Shown here piece by piece: positions 9,079 through 20,700 of a DNA stretch of 64,000 bases. Made by a program: the position numbers and the translations under genes. Source of the stretch: an uncultured Prevotella sp. (GTDB lineage: Bacteria > Bacteroidota > Bacteroidia > Bacteroidales > Bacteroidaceae); contig USJX01000001.1 in the NCBI GenBank assembly GCA_900555035.1, forward strand, positions 15,740-79,739, read 5' to 3'. How positions within the stretch are numbered: position 1 is the stretch's first letter; the number at the start of each line of letters is the position of its first letter. A model generated the notes under the pieces. That model worked only from the letters and a program-made list of their open reading frames with translations. It was not told where the DNA came from and searched no databases.

Positions 9079-9140
9079 TGTGTCGACTTAACCGTGCTGT
9101 CGAGGGCTGAATGTTATTACTTCGATTCTTTATTCTGCTG

Positions 9141-9173
9141 CAAAGGTACGTAAAAGTTTGGATATAACCAAAC
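9141..9173 (-). promoter_or_regulatory. Sigma-A promoter of small-ORF operon with overlapping inverted repeat
   Basis: Minus strand TTTG (9169-9172)-N20-TACCTTTG (9141-9148); GTTTGG-N6-CCAAAC inverted repeat at 9156-9173. Confidence 0.8.
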
Positions 9174-9338
9174 ATTTTGTTGATTTTAACACTAATTTAA
9201 CACTTGTGTGGCAAAATATGGCAAAACAAGAAGGGGAGTGCTCACGCATTCCCCTTACTTTTATCCTAACTTACAATCTTAAAACCTATAAACTAAAAAC
9301 CTATGAAAAAACAATCGTATTCTTTAAACGAAAAAGAA

Positions 9339-9647
9339 TCATCCTTCCTCTTCTGACATCTGTCTTAACTTCTCGGTAAGCGCATTGTGAACCTCACGCT
9401 TATCTTCAAGAGTGACGTTCTGTAGCTTAGGGCAGTTGAACTCCAGTATCTTGATGAATGTTGTCACTTTATCCTTCGGCTCGCACTTATACCAAGCAGC
9501 CATGAAGTCTTCCCAAGCCTCTCTAGAAAATTCGGCACACAGCTCACGAAACTCCTTTGTGATAGGAGACTCGTACCCTTTCTGCTTTCCTCCAGTCTTC
9601 GGTCTTCCCTTCTCGAACTGACCTTTTGAATTTCTGTCTGTTGCCAT
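9339..9647 (-). CDS. Putative terminase small subunit-like protein
   Basis: N-terminal RNSKGQFEKGRPKTGGKQKG motif typical of TerS-like proteins; late-type promoter upstream. Confidence 0.5.
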   Translation of the reverse strand: MATDRNSKGQFEKGRPKTGGKQKGYESPITKEFRELCAEFSREAWEDFMAAWYKCEPKDKVTTFIKILEFNCPKLQNVTLEDKREVHNALTEKLRQMSEEEG

Positions 9648-9668
9648 TTTCTTTTTCTATTAATGCTG

Positions 9669-9777
9669 CAAAGGTACAAATTATTATTTTAATGTGAGTT
9701 TTATCCGTTAATAATTGAATCAACAAGACGAGTATTAACGGATAAAATACGATTCTCGGCTAGTATTATTATCTTTG
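9669..9777. promoter_or_regulatory. Divergent pair of phage late-type promoters
   Basis: TTAACGGATAAA at 9700-9711 (-) and 9735-9746 (+), each 23 nt from a TAnnTTTG box. Confidence 0.85.
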
Positions 9778-9807
9778 CCACATTATTAATAATTAAAATA
9801 CATATAT

Positions 9808-10470
9808 ATGTTAGGAGCATTAATTGGGGCAGGTCTTGGACTTGCAAGCAGTATCGCTGGTGGTGTAGCTAACCGCAAGGCGAGACGTAAGCAGGAGCAG
9901 ATGATTGCTCAGCAACAGAAAGAAAATCAGGCGTGGTATGACAGAACATACAATGCCGACCCGACCAAGCGTGCTGATACCGTGCGCTTGCTCACACAGA
10001 TGCAGGAGCAGATTAAGAACAGAAACAAGGCTGCAAAGGGAAGACAAGCGGTAATGGGTGGTACTGATGATTCCACTACTGCTGTGAAGGAGGCGAACAA
10101 CAAGACTCTTGCTGATACTACCTCACAGATTGTGGCTGCAAATGATGCACGAAAGGATAACATCGAACAGCAGTATATGAACAGAAAGAACCAGTTACAG
10201 AACCAGCAGATGGGTATTGAAGCTGAAAAGGCTGCTGATACTGCAAATGCTGTGGCTGGTGTGGCTGGTACTGCTGCTAACATCGCTGAAACTATTGATA
10301 GCGGTGCTGGAGCAAAGAAGGCTCCAAATATGAATGTTACTCAGGAGCAGTTGAATGGTATAGCAAAGAACTCCAATGATGTTCTCGGCTTAAAGGCGAA
10401 GGCTACTTCTCTTCCTTCTGAGGGTGAACTGAATAGTCTTGGTGCTAAACTTCAAAAGATTAAAGCATAA
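9808..10470 (+). CDS. Putative internal virion/ejection (pilot) protein
   Basis: MLGALIGAGLGLASSIAGG Gly/Ala hydrophobic N-terminus followed by Q/A-rich coiled coil. Confidence 0.6.
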   Translation: MLGALIGAGLGLASSIAGGVANRKARRKQEQMIAQQQKENQAWYDRTYNADPTKRADTVRLLTQMQEQIKNRNKAAKGRQAVMGGTDDSTTAVKEANNKTLADTTSQIVAANDARKDNIEQQYMNRKNQLQNQQMGIEAEKAADTANAVAGVAGTAANIAETIDSGAGAKKAPNMNVTQEQLNGIAKNSNDVLGLKAKATSLPSEGELNSLGAKLQKIKA

Positions 10471-10474
10471 GACT

Positions 10475-11662
10475 ATGAAAGCATCAGATATGTTACGAAA
10501 CAATAATGGCTTGAAGACTACACAGAGTGTGCTAAACAAGCAGCAGAGTGGTGTTGATGCCGCCAATAAGGTAGCACAGACTCAGTCTCCAGTCTTCACC
10601 CAGCATCAACTAGATGCGGCTGGCAAGAAGATTGACCAGATGAATGCTGCTAGTCCTACCGATGATGCTATGAAGGCTGCTAGGGCTAAGACTATCGCTA
10701 CTCAGCAAGCTATTGCCAATGGGGTAGATGTGAATCATGGAGTGCCTAGTGATGAGGAAGACAAATCATCCGTGCCTATCGTGAAGAAGGAGGAGCCAGC
10801 AGAACAGCCTAAGCAGCTATCTTATGCTGATATGTATAAGATGCTGAATCCTGAGCAGCAGGAGACGGCTGAGCAGAGGGCGAACAGAGAGAAGAAGGAG
10901 CGTACCAAGGCTCGTATCGCTGCTCTAGGTGATGGTCTCCGTGCGCTATCCAATATCTACTTCGCTACCAAAGGTGCAAAGGTTGTACACAATCCTGAGT
11001 CGGATATGACTAAGGCGGTGAATAAACGCAAGGCTTATATGGATGCTCAGAGAGAAAAGAATCGGGCATCATGGCTGGCTGGGTATCAGAGGGCACTCGC
11101 TCTTGATGAGGAAGCTCGGAAGAATAACCTGACTCTCGCTGAGCAGATGAGGTATCATAATATGCAGAACGAAATCAACAAGGTGAAGGCTTACCAAGGA
11201 CAGCAGAGAATTGACCAAGGTAACAGAAGACTTGACCTTAGTGAGTTGAAATATACCAATGATGCAGAGTATAAGGATAATCAGTTGAAGATTAAGAAGA
11301 TGCTTGCAGATGGTCAGATTAGTCATTGGGCTGCTCAGGATGCACTCGCTCGACTTCGAGAAGGTCGTATTGCTAATAAGGCTCAGAAATCTTCTGGCGG
11401 TAACCAAACTACTGCTGGATATTGGTATGAGTACTACGACATGATGGAAACTCCTGAGGGGCAGAAGAAGATTAATGAACTTAAAAGAAAGTTGAGAATC
11501 AAGAATGTTACTCAGACTAACGTGAGATACATCATGGATAAATTGAAAGGAAGAAGTAGTTCTGCTGGAGGTGGTAAATCATCTGCTGGTGGTAAGCATA
11601 CAACACATAAGGCTGGCGGTTCTTCGGCTGGTGGTAAGAAGAAGACTGGCGTAAAGTGGTAA
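10475..11662 (+). CDS. Putative internal virion/ejection protein
   Basis: Likely start at 10475; helical low-complexity protein between pilot-like gene and giant protein. Confidence 0.55.
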   Translation: MKASDMLRNNNGLKTTQSVLNKQQSGVDAANKVAQTQSPVFTQHQLDAAGKKIDQMNAASPTDDAMKAARAKTIATQQAIANGVDVNHGVPSDEEDKSSVPIVKKEEPAEQPKQLSYADMYKMLNPEQQETAEQRANREKKERTKARIAALGDGLRALSNIYFATKGAKVVHNPESDMTKAVNKRKAYMDAQREKNRASWLAGYQRALALDEEARKNNLTLAEQMRYHNMQNEINKVKAYQGQQRIDQGNRRLDLSELKYTNDAEYKDNQLKIKKMLADGQISHWAAQDALARLREGRIANKAQKSSGGNQTTAGYWYEYYDMMETPEGQKKINELKRKLRIKNVTQTNVRYIMDKLKGRSSSAGGGKSSAGGKHTTHKAGGSSAGGKKKTGVKW

Positions 11663-11706
11663 CATAATCGGTAACAAGAATTTGGTAACAAACAAATATA
11701 TATATC

Positions 11707-14700
11707 ATGGCAGAAAGACCATTATACACTTTATACAAGAATCTGAAAGCACATAACTATGATGTGCCTGATGATTACAATAAGTTTGAGAGTGCTCTGA
11801 CAAGAGACGGAAAGAGCGGTGCGGATAACAGACACGCTATCTACGAGAACTTGAAGGCTCAGAACTTTGATGTTCCTGATACTTATGAGCGTTTTTACTC
11901 TGCACTCTTTGAACCTCGTAGTAAGACTTCATCTAGAGCGAAGGGAGGTAGTGTTCCTATGAGTGCGGCTGACCGTTCTCGTTTCTTGGCTGTTGCACAA
12001 TCTGTCCTGAATACTTCTAGACAAGTTAAGCGTGCATCTGGCAATATCCGTAAGACGGTTGAGCGAGCAAAGAAGTTTTATGCAAATGATGGTAAGGTGA
12101 CTATCGGTTTCAAGAATCCTTTGCAGAATCAGAATGTACAGAAGAATGAGTTCAACTACAATTCGACAACTGGCAAGACTGGAACCTATACTACAACAGA
12201 TGGTGTAGAGTTCGACAACGAGTATGATGCTTCTCAGCATCAGAATCAGTTGGATAAGCAGGGGCAGCAGTATATGAATGCTGTAAACGCTGGCGAGATT
12301 CCATCCGTATTTGATGTTCGTGACAAGAATGGTAACTATGACTTGCAGGAGAACATCAATAAGAATGGAACCTATCTCACTGAGGAGGGTGCTCAAAAGC
12401 AGTTTGACAAGAAACTGGCTGATGCCTATGCCCGAAAGAAGGAGATTGAATCTGCTATAGCGGAAGACCATCGTCTGCATGGCAATCCTCTGCTCTCTTA
12501 TACTGCTAGTATTGGTGCAAGTAACGGAAGAACTGCTGAGCAGAGTGACTATAGCAATAAGTTGGCAACCTCTCTCGCTCTGGTCAAGCAGCAGATTGGT
12601 GCGATGGAAGCGGTGAAACAATATCCTACAAGTAGCTGGGGTGAGGATGCCTTGAAGGCTCTTGACAATACTGCCTTTACTGCTAAGACTTGGGATTTCG
12701 GTTTGACTGACTTCGCCACCATGGGGCAGATGGAGCGTATCAAGACAAAGATGGATAATAACATTCCTCTATCAGGTTCTGATAAGATGCTATTGAAGAG
12801 CAAACTGGGTGCGGATGCTGCTGCGGCTCTCGAAGATGAGAAGATGGGTAATATCTATCGCTGGACGAAGATTGCAGGGCAGAGTCTCCCATTTATGGCT
12901 GACTTCTTCCTGACTGGAGGTTATGGTGGTATTACCAAGGGCATCAGTCGTGGAGCCTTGAAATTTGCTGCTAAGCGTGGTATGGGCAAGGTGAGTGCTG
13001 CTATCTTGAAGAATACTGGTATCGTGGCTGGAGATGTTATCGGCTCGTATGCCATGGCTGGAACAGAACAGGCGTTGAAGACTGGTGCTGATATTATGCA
13101 GCGACATCTGGGTAATCTGTATCAGGACGAGAAGGGCGATTATAAGTTCGGTACATTCGATGATAACGGAAATCTCCTGCATGAGGGTGGAGAGTCTATG
13201 GGTACTGCTCTCTATAAGGGGCTGACATCTGCCATGGTGGAGAACTACACAGAGAAGTTGTTTGGTCACAACTATGGTATCAAGAAGGGTGCTGTTAACT
13301 TCATGGAGAAACATGGTATGAATGCTTCTGCTGAGTTCTTTAAGAATATCGGCAAGAGTGGATGGTACACTAATTCCAAGAAGTGGATGGAGAAGTTCGG
13401 CATCAATGGCTTTGGTGAAGAAGTGATGGAGGAGGAAATTGCTATTCCTCTTCATGCCCTGCTGGATGGTGAAGGTAAGGTGAGCGACCTTCTTGATGCT
13501 AGACAACAACTTGACATCATAGGTGGTATGGCTATCTCTGTCGGTTCTATGTATGCTATGGGTGCTGGCTCCCGACCAGTAAAAGGTATCTACAATCGTG
13601 CTCAGTACTACCGCTTCCGCAACAAGGTTAATGTTGCGGATAGCGATGCACAGAATCTTATGGGCGATAACTGGGCAGACATCAAGGATAAGATAGATAA
13701 CGCAACCAACGAGCAGATGGGTAGTGTGCTGGCTGGCATTCTCCGTCAGAGAGATACTATGACCAAGGAGCAGATTAATGCTGCTATCAACTATGGTGTG
13801 AACCTGATGAAGATGCGTGGCTACAATATTGCCAAGACTGCTGAAATGAATGCAAGAGAGATTACCAACGAACCAACAACTCCTGATGAGCAGCATCAGG
13901 CAGATATTGACAATGCTTATTCTGAGGGGCATGATGCTGATGATGCAGACAAACATGATATACAGATTCAGCAGGAAGACCAGATGAAGACTCTTGCAGC
14001 AGCATTGGGTATCTCTGAGCAGCAGCTATCTGCCATGAGTGATGAGGAACTTGAATCCCTGACGGGGCAGGATGATAAACTTGACCAAGCTATCTATGAC
14101 TACCAGTTGTCTTCTGCCCGATACCAAGGTGTGGTTGATGATGCACAAGACAAGGTTGACCTCGCTGCTCATCAGGCAGAACAGAGAGTGGATATGTACA
14201 CAGACCAGAGTCGTGGCTCTGTTCGTAACGCTACTATCAAAGCATCAGGCGGCTTGGAAGACTATGGTGTGTATATTATCAGTGGTAATATTGCTACCAA
14301 TGAAGATGGCTCCATTGATGTAAGCAATAGCGATGATATGATTCTATACTATGACCCTACAACGAATAGTGTAGAACACGCTGATGCGAAGATGTTTTCT
14401 GAACTGGGTGAAGAACTTCCTGCTGATGATGTGAAGGCTCAGGCGGTAGCTGATGCAAAAGAGAATGCTATCAAAGAGGTTGCTGGTATCATTGATGGAA
14501 CCGTTGAAGTTGGCTCCCAGTTTAATGTGACTGATACTGATGGTACTGAACATACCTATGAGGTGTTGGCTGACTATGGTGATGGTACTGCTGCTATCTC
14601 TATTGATGGTAATGTGGTAGAGAATCCTTATCAGCTTGCAGACTTGCAGCAGATGAAAGACTTGGAAGACCAGAAGAGACTGGAAGCTGCCAAGGCTCAG

Positions 14701-17700
14701 CGTGAGCAGTTGGAGAATGAACGTGCTGCCCAGCAGAATCATGAGACAGAAGAGATTCAACCTTCATTTGATTTCAATCAGATTCTCAATGATGATGGTA
14801 ACGTTGTGCTCGTTGATGTGCTTGATAAGGATGGAAACACCAAATATCCTGACTCTAGATTGTTCCTTATTCGTGATACTGGTGCTAAAGCTAAGGTGGT
14901 GGAGTTGAAGAGTGATGGCTCTCTCGTTCCTCATGCTGTGAGCAAGAAGAATGTGAGCATAATTACTTCAATGTCGCTTGATGAGTACAAGCAGGCTATG
15001 GCTGAATCCTCAATGATAGAGGATAATAGTGGAGAAGAATCTGATGAGGATTCTCAGTTGGAAAATCTCGGTTTTCCTAAAGGTAGCGAGATATGGATGA
15101 GTGGCGATGGTTTCGGAAGACCAAAGGAAAACACTCTATCAAGAGTTGTAGGTATTGATGAGCAGGGCAGTATCGTCCTTGAAGATAAGGATGGTAAAAA
15201 ATGGTCTGCATCATTTGATTATATCAACAACCATCGTGAGCTTCCACCTTTGGATGAGAATACCAATATCGTTAATGAGGAGAATAATCAATCGGAATCA
15301 AATGCTGATGAGAACACTCCTGCTCCTGAGCAGACTCCTGACATTACACTTGAAGATGGAACCATTGTTCCTATGCTGGAGGATGGAAATCCTGACTTCT
15401 CGAAGATGACTGCCGAACAGACTGCTGAGCTATATGATAATCAGTTTGGTGAGGATGCTGAAAGCGTAATCAGTAGCTGGGTTTCTGATGCAAAGAAGGC
15501 ACTCGACAAGGCTAGCAACATGACCGTTAAGGGTAAGACTTTCGTGGAACAGAAGGCTGCCAAGGATGCCAAGGAGAAGGCGATTGCTGATGCTCAGGCG
15601 GCTTATGACTCTGCTATCGCTATCCGTGATGCTTATAATGAGCGACAACTTGCCAATGTGGAAGATACTTCTGAGGGCAGAAGAAACCTGATTGAGAAGG
15701 CAAGAAGAAAGTTCGCTCGTTTAAAGAGTGCTGTGAAGGATGATGCTGAGGCTGTATCACAACTTTACCGAGATACTATCGGTTCTCTCCTTCATCGTCT
15801 GTATGATGGTACTGGCATTGACGTTACTGATACAACTCCGCTTACTGCTGAGGAGTATGTGGCTAGCAACCTCGGTGCTCACTCTCTCAACTATGAGGGA
15901 ACAGAGACAAGCAAGGGTGTTAAGCAGGAGACTGGATTGAGTAGAGAAGACTTTGCCAAGACTCAGTTGCTCGCTGCTGATGGCAAGGGAACTACTATTG
16001 ATGCGCTTGTTCACATCCTATGGGAGAATCGTCCATCCAACCTTGAATCACTCGGCACTCAGGATATTCGTAACGCATTGCTCAGCGTAATCACTAGCGG
16101 TTTCAAGGCTTCGGAAGCAAGAAATTACATTGAAAATCTCCGTATCGCTCAGGCAGAGAACATACTTGAAGAGCAGAAGAAGGCGGCTGATAACGCTGCA
16201 TTCGCTGAGGAGCAGAAGGCTAAGCAGGAAGAGGAAGATAAGAAGGCTGAGGAGAATGCAGATGAGAAAACTCATAGCGAATCTTTCAATAAGATTGTTG
16301 ACTTAGCAAAAAATCTAGAGGAAATCTTAGACAATCCTGATAATGTGAAGGAAATTGATAAGATTACTCACGAAATAGATGAACTTCTGGAGACTCTTTC
16401 TGACGAAGAATTTAAAGATGTATCTGATGCTTTGCTGAATATAGACGAAGATTTAGAGTATTTGACAGCAGACGAGTATGAGCGAAGAGAAGGTGTTGAA
16501 GAGAGCAAGAAAGCTAAGGCTTATAATGAATCTCTGCAACAAGCAATAAAACGGATTGCACCTTATGCTGATGCTTTGAAGGCAGCGGTGAATAGCGGTG
16601 ACAAGAAAGCTATTGCAAAGGCTCAGAAGGAACTGACTGATGCCATGCTCGCAAGCAATCTGGGTCATGGCTATCTATCTGGGCAGTTGGAGTATGCTAA
16701 GAGTGCTAAGAAGAAGGATGAATCATATAGCGAGAGACGAGCATTAGTCAAGCCTTTGACTGATGCTATTAACGCTATTGAGAGTGCGCTGGATTCTGCT
16801 CTGGCTGAAGCTGGACTTGAAGGTGTCCATGTTGACTTCACGGAAGGTGGGCATGGCTGGATTTATGCCGACAAGGGTAGTGCTTGGAGCAGCAGATTGA
16901 AGGCTCTGGATAATGACTATAGAAACGTATCACAATACGAAACTCAAAATCCTATATCGGTGCTGCCACAAGTTACCATTGATAATGTGGAAAAGGTGGC
17001 TGGTATCATCAAGTCTCGTATTGAGGAAGGTGAAAGATACAACTCTGATGAGTATAATGATGAGGATGAGCAGACAAAGTTCCCTGACAAGTTAAAGGAG
17101 GGTAGCGAGACTATTGAGGTTCCTGAGGATGCAACGGACGATGCTCCTTTAGGCGAACAGAGAGAACAGACTGACCTTCCTTTCTCTGCTAGAGACAATG
17201 GCACACAGCAGACAACATCTGAGCGTGCTGCTGATGTAGAGAAGAATAAGGTGGATGATTTGAAGGTCGTTGACACAATCGTAGGGAAGCAGACTCGAAA
17301 GGCTTTCGAGAGACTGGCTAAGATGATGGGAGCTAACATTCAATGGCAGTACTCAGACAAGTTGGGTAACGGCTGGATTCAGGAAACCAAGGATTCCGAT
17401 GGCAACGTGCATCGTACCATCTTCATCACTCTTGACTCTTCCATCACGGAAGGTGCTCAGTTTATCTTCGGTCACGAAATGACTCACCAAATCAAGAACC
17501 TGAACCCTGCTGCATACAATGAGTTGACTCAGCTTGTGCTTGATACCTATGGCTCTGATGCCTTCGACAAGGCGGTAGATGAGACTATGAAGAGATATTC
17601 CGATGCTGGATTCTCTGGACGTGCTAGAGATTACTATGCTGAGGAGGTTGTTGCTGATGCTGTAGGTGAAATGATTCGTGACCTCAACTTGGCTCACACT

Positions 17701-20700
17701 CTTGCTATGAAGATGTCTCATCCTCTGCTCGCTTCTATCCATGAGATATTGCAGAAGATTAAGATGGCATTCTTTGGTACTGATTATAGCGATGTGACCA
17801 AGAACATTATCCGCTCCATCGAACAAGCCTATGTGAAGACTGCCAATGGTCAGGTGACAAACTCTGAGACTGGCGAAGATGTTTCATTCTCTCTCCGTCA
17901 GAAACCTGAGCCTAAGAAGAAGGGTATCGGATACAAGGTATTCGTATTGAAGGATGGCAAACTATATCCACCTATGGTAGCGAACCCTAATGGTGCTGCT
18001 ACACCAGTGGGTGTATGGCTCGATGCTGATGCGGCTCCTATCGCTGGAGAAAGCAAGACTGGCAGACCTCAGGTTAAGCAGGGCGGCAAGGGTACACAAG
18101 GCGGTAGCGGTAAGCTAGCCTATAGACCAGGATGGCATCTTGGTGTAGTGCCTTACGCTATCCAGTTCAACCGCAAGGATGCTGAGGGAAATAAGACTCT
18201 CTTCCCTAAGAACTTCGTGTTCGCTGAGGTGGAGTATGCTGCTGATGTAGATTATCAGGAGGAAGCTCGCCAAGAGGGTATCAATCCATCGGGCAAGTAT
18301 CAGCATTCATTGGCTGGCTTGAAACATCTGCCTACTGATGGCTATTATATGTACCGTACCAACCCGAACCCTGAGACTGACCCTTGGGTGATTACTGGTG
18401 CGATGAAGGTGAACCGTATCTTGACCAGAGCAGAGCAAGCAGAACTTGTGAAGAATGCTGGTCGTGAACCTCAGCAGATTCAGGAGGGAGATATTGTTAC
18501 TGATGATGTTGTGAACAGCATCAATCAGGAGATAGCTGATGCTCCTAAGTTCTCGTTGAAGTCAAAACCAGTCCGCTTTGAAGCTGGCAAGAAACTCAGC
18601 GATGAAGAGAAGAAGGAAGTTCTTTCTACATTGAAGGATGCCTACAAGGTGAATGGTGTTCCTTATCACATCGAAGAGACTGCTGGCGGCAAGGAGAAGA
18701 AAGTGTATGAGCCTACTGCTGATAGCTATGTTGTGAGCGATATTACAAATCGTCCACTAAGATACTATATAACTTTGCCTGATGGTCGTGTGGCTCATCC
18801 TACAGAGGTTTATCCTAATATCTCGGATAATGAGGTGAAGTCTTCTGCTACCAAGCAGGGATTGCTTGAAGAAGAGGTTGACCAGATTGTTAGTGCTGCC
18901 ATTGATAACTTGAAGAATGTTGCCGACAAAACCAAGGCGGTAGAGGTGCTGATCGAATTGCAGAATCTCCCACATGAGACTCATGATGTAGGCTACGGTT
19001 TAAACCATGCACGTTCATACAACTACAAGACTGGCATCTTCACTTCTAGTGCTGCCCAAGCTATTGACTATGTGGTAAGACGAATGAGAAGAAAGGAAGA
19101 TGTTCCTGCTGAGATTCCTGCTGCTTTGAAGAAGGCGGTGGCTGATAGCTATGGTATGGTTGATAACCTCATTGATGGCATGAGAACTACCAAGTTCTCT
19201 CTTCGTTTGAAGTCTGCTATTGAGGAAACTGAAACCAATCCATCTGACGCACAGAAGGAGAGCGGTAACTATAAGAAAGGACACATCAAGTTCGGTGGCT
19301 ATGATTACACTATAGAAAATCCAAAGGGTTCTACTCGCTCAGGTAAGGATGCCGATGGCAAGGAGTGGAAAGTAACCATGCACGATACCTATGGCTATAT
19401 CCGTGGTAAGTTTGGCAAGGATGGTGACCATTTGGATATGTTCATTAATGACAAGGCAGACCTTGATAATTGGAATGGTGATGTGTTTGTCGTTGACCAA
19501 GTGAATCCTGATGGCTCGTTTGATGAGCATAAGGTGATGTATGGATATGACTCTATGGATGATGCCAAAAAGTCTTATCTCGCCAACTATAGCGATGGTT
19601 GGCAAGGTCTTGGAAATATTACTGGAGTAAGTAAGGTTGAGTTCGACAAGTGGCTTGATACGAGCAATCGTAAGCTAAAGCCATTTGCTGACTATGCAAA
19701 GGTAAAGTTCTCTCAGGCGCAGTCTGTTAATAATGAGGAGCCAAAAACTTTCGAGGAGTTCTTGAATCATCCTTCTTTGAAGTTCTCAATCAAGAATGAG
19801 GAACAGAGAAGAGCGGCTGAGGATGCTTATGAATATGCTTCCAAACTCCGTCCTAATAAGTATGCTCAGTATGCTCTAGTGGATATGAGCAATCCTTCAA
19901 ACTCTCCTGAGTATTACGAAAAGAAAGTGTTGGCTGACCGATGGAGACGATTCTATAATAAGGCAGTCCATAATGAATTGGATAATGTGTATAAGGATGC
20001 TTGGGGTAACTACAAACTCTTTGACCTTGACCGACCTTTTGCTGACCAAGTGAATGAGGTGAAGGGTGATGTTCCTAGCGAGTTCAATACTCCTGATGTG
20101 GTGGCAAACAAAAATGCCGACAACGAAAGTGGTGCTGAGTATCACGAATACAATCAGGGTGGACTATCGTCTGTTACTTACAAGGATAGATATAAGGCTT
20201 TCAAGCAACGTGAGGCTAACAGAGAGAAGACTGCTGGATTGAGAAAGGAACGGAAGGAAGTAGAGGATTCATACAACTCGAAGAGCAAAGAGCGTATTGA
20301 ATACAACAAGCAACTGATGAAGGAGTATATGGATAAGCATGGCTTGTCTTCTGAAAACGATATTCCTTATGATGTTTGGGATGATTTGAGAAGCAAATCT
20401 TTCGAGAAGTATCAGGATGAGTTGGATAGTCTGTTTAATAAGTACAAAGACTTGGATAGACAGATTAAGGCGGTGGCAGAACCTCGTTTCTCTTTGAAGG
20501 ACGAAAAAACTCTTGCAGGAGTGCATAACATTACTGAGGAGAAACTGAGAAAGGCTTTGAAACTGGGTGGCTTTGCCAATCCTTCTTTGGCTGTAATTGA
20601 TACCAACAAGACTGGTCACGACAACTTTGGAGAGATTTCCTTCATCGCTCCTTCTGCCCTTTTGGATAAGCGTACTGGCAATACTGCTGGTACTTGGATA

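Larger units (their letters stand above)
8214..9108 (-). repeat. Four copies of a 24-25-nt hairpin element upstream of each small ORF
   Basis: Copies at 8214-8237, 8575-8599, 8841-8864, 9085-9108; minus-strand consensus AGCCCTCGACATCACGGTTAAGTC, 6-8 nt before each ATG. Confidence 0.92.

Noticed and set aside
8214..9108. CRISPR array interpretation of the 24-nt repeats
   Set aside because: Intervening segments are about 220-340 nt protein-coding ORFs of unequal length, and there are no cas genes in the window
9158..9379. 73-aa ORF
   Set aside because: Runs across a promoter and a hairpin (about 9230-9257) and has no protein-like features
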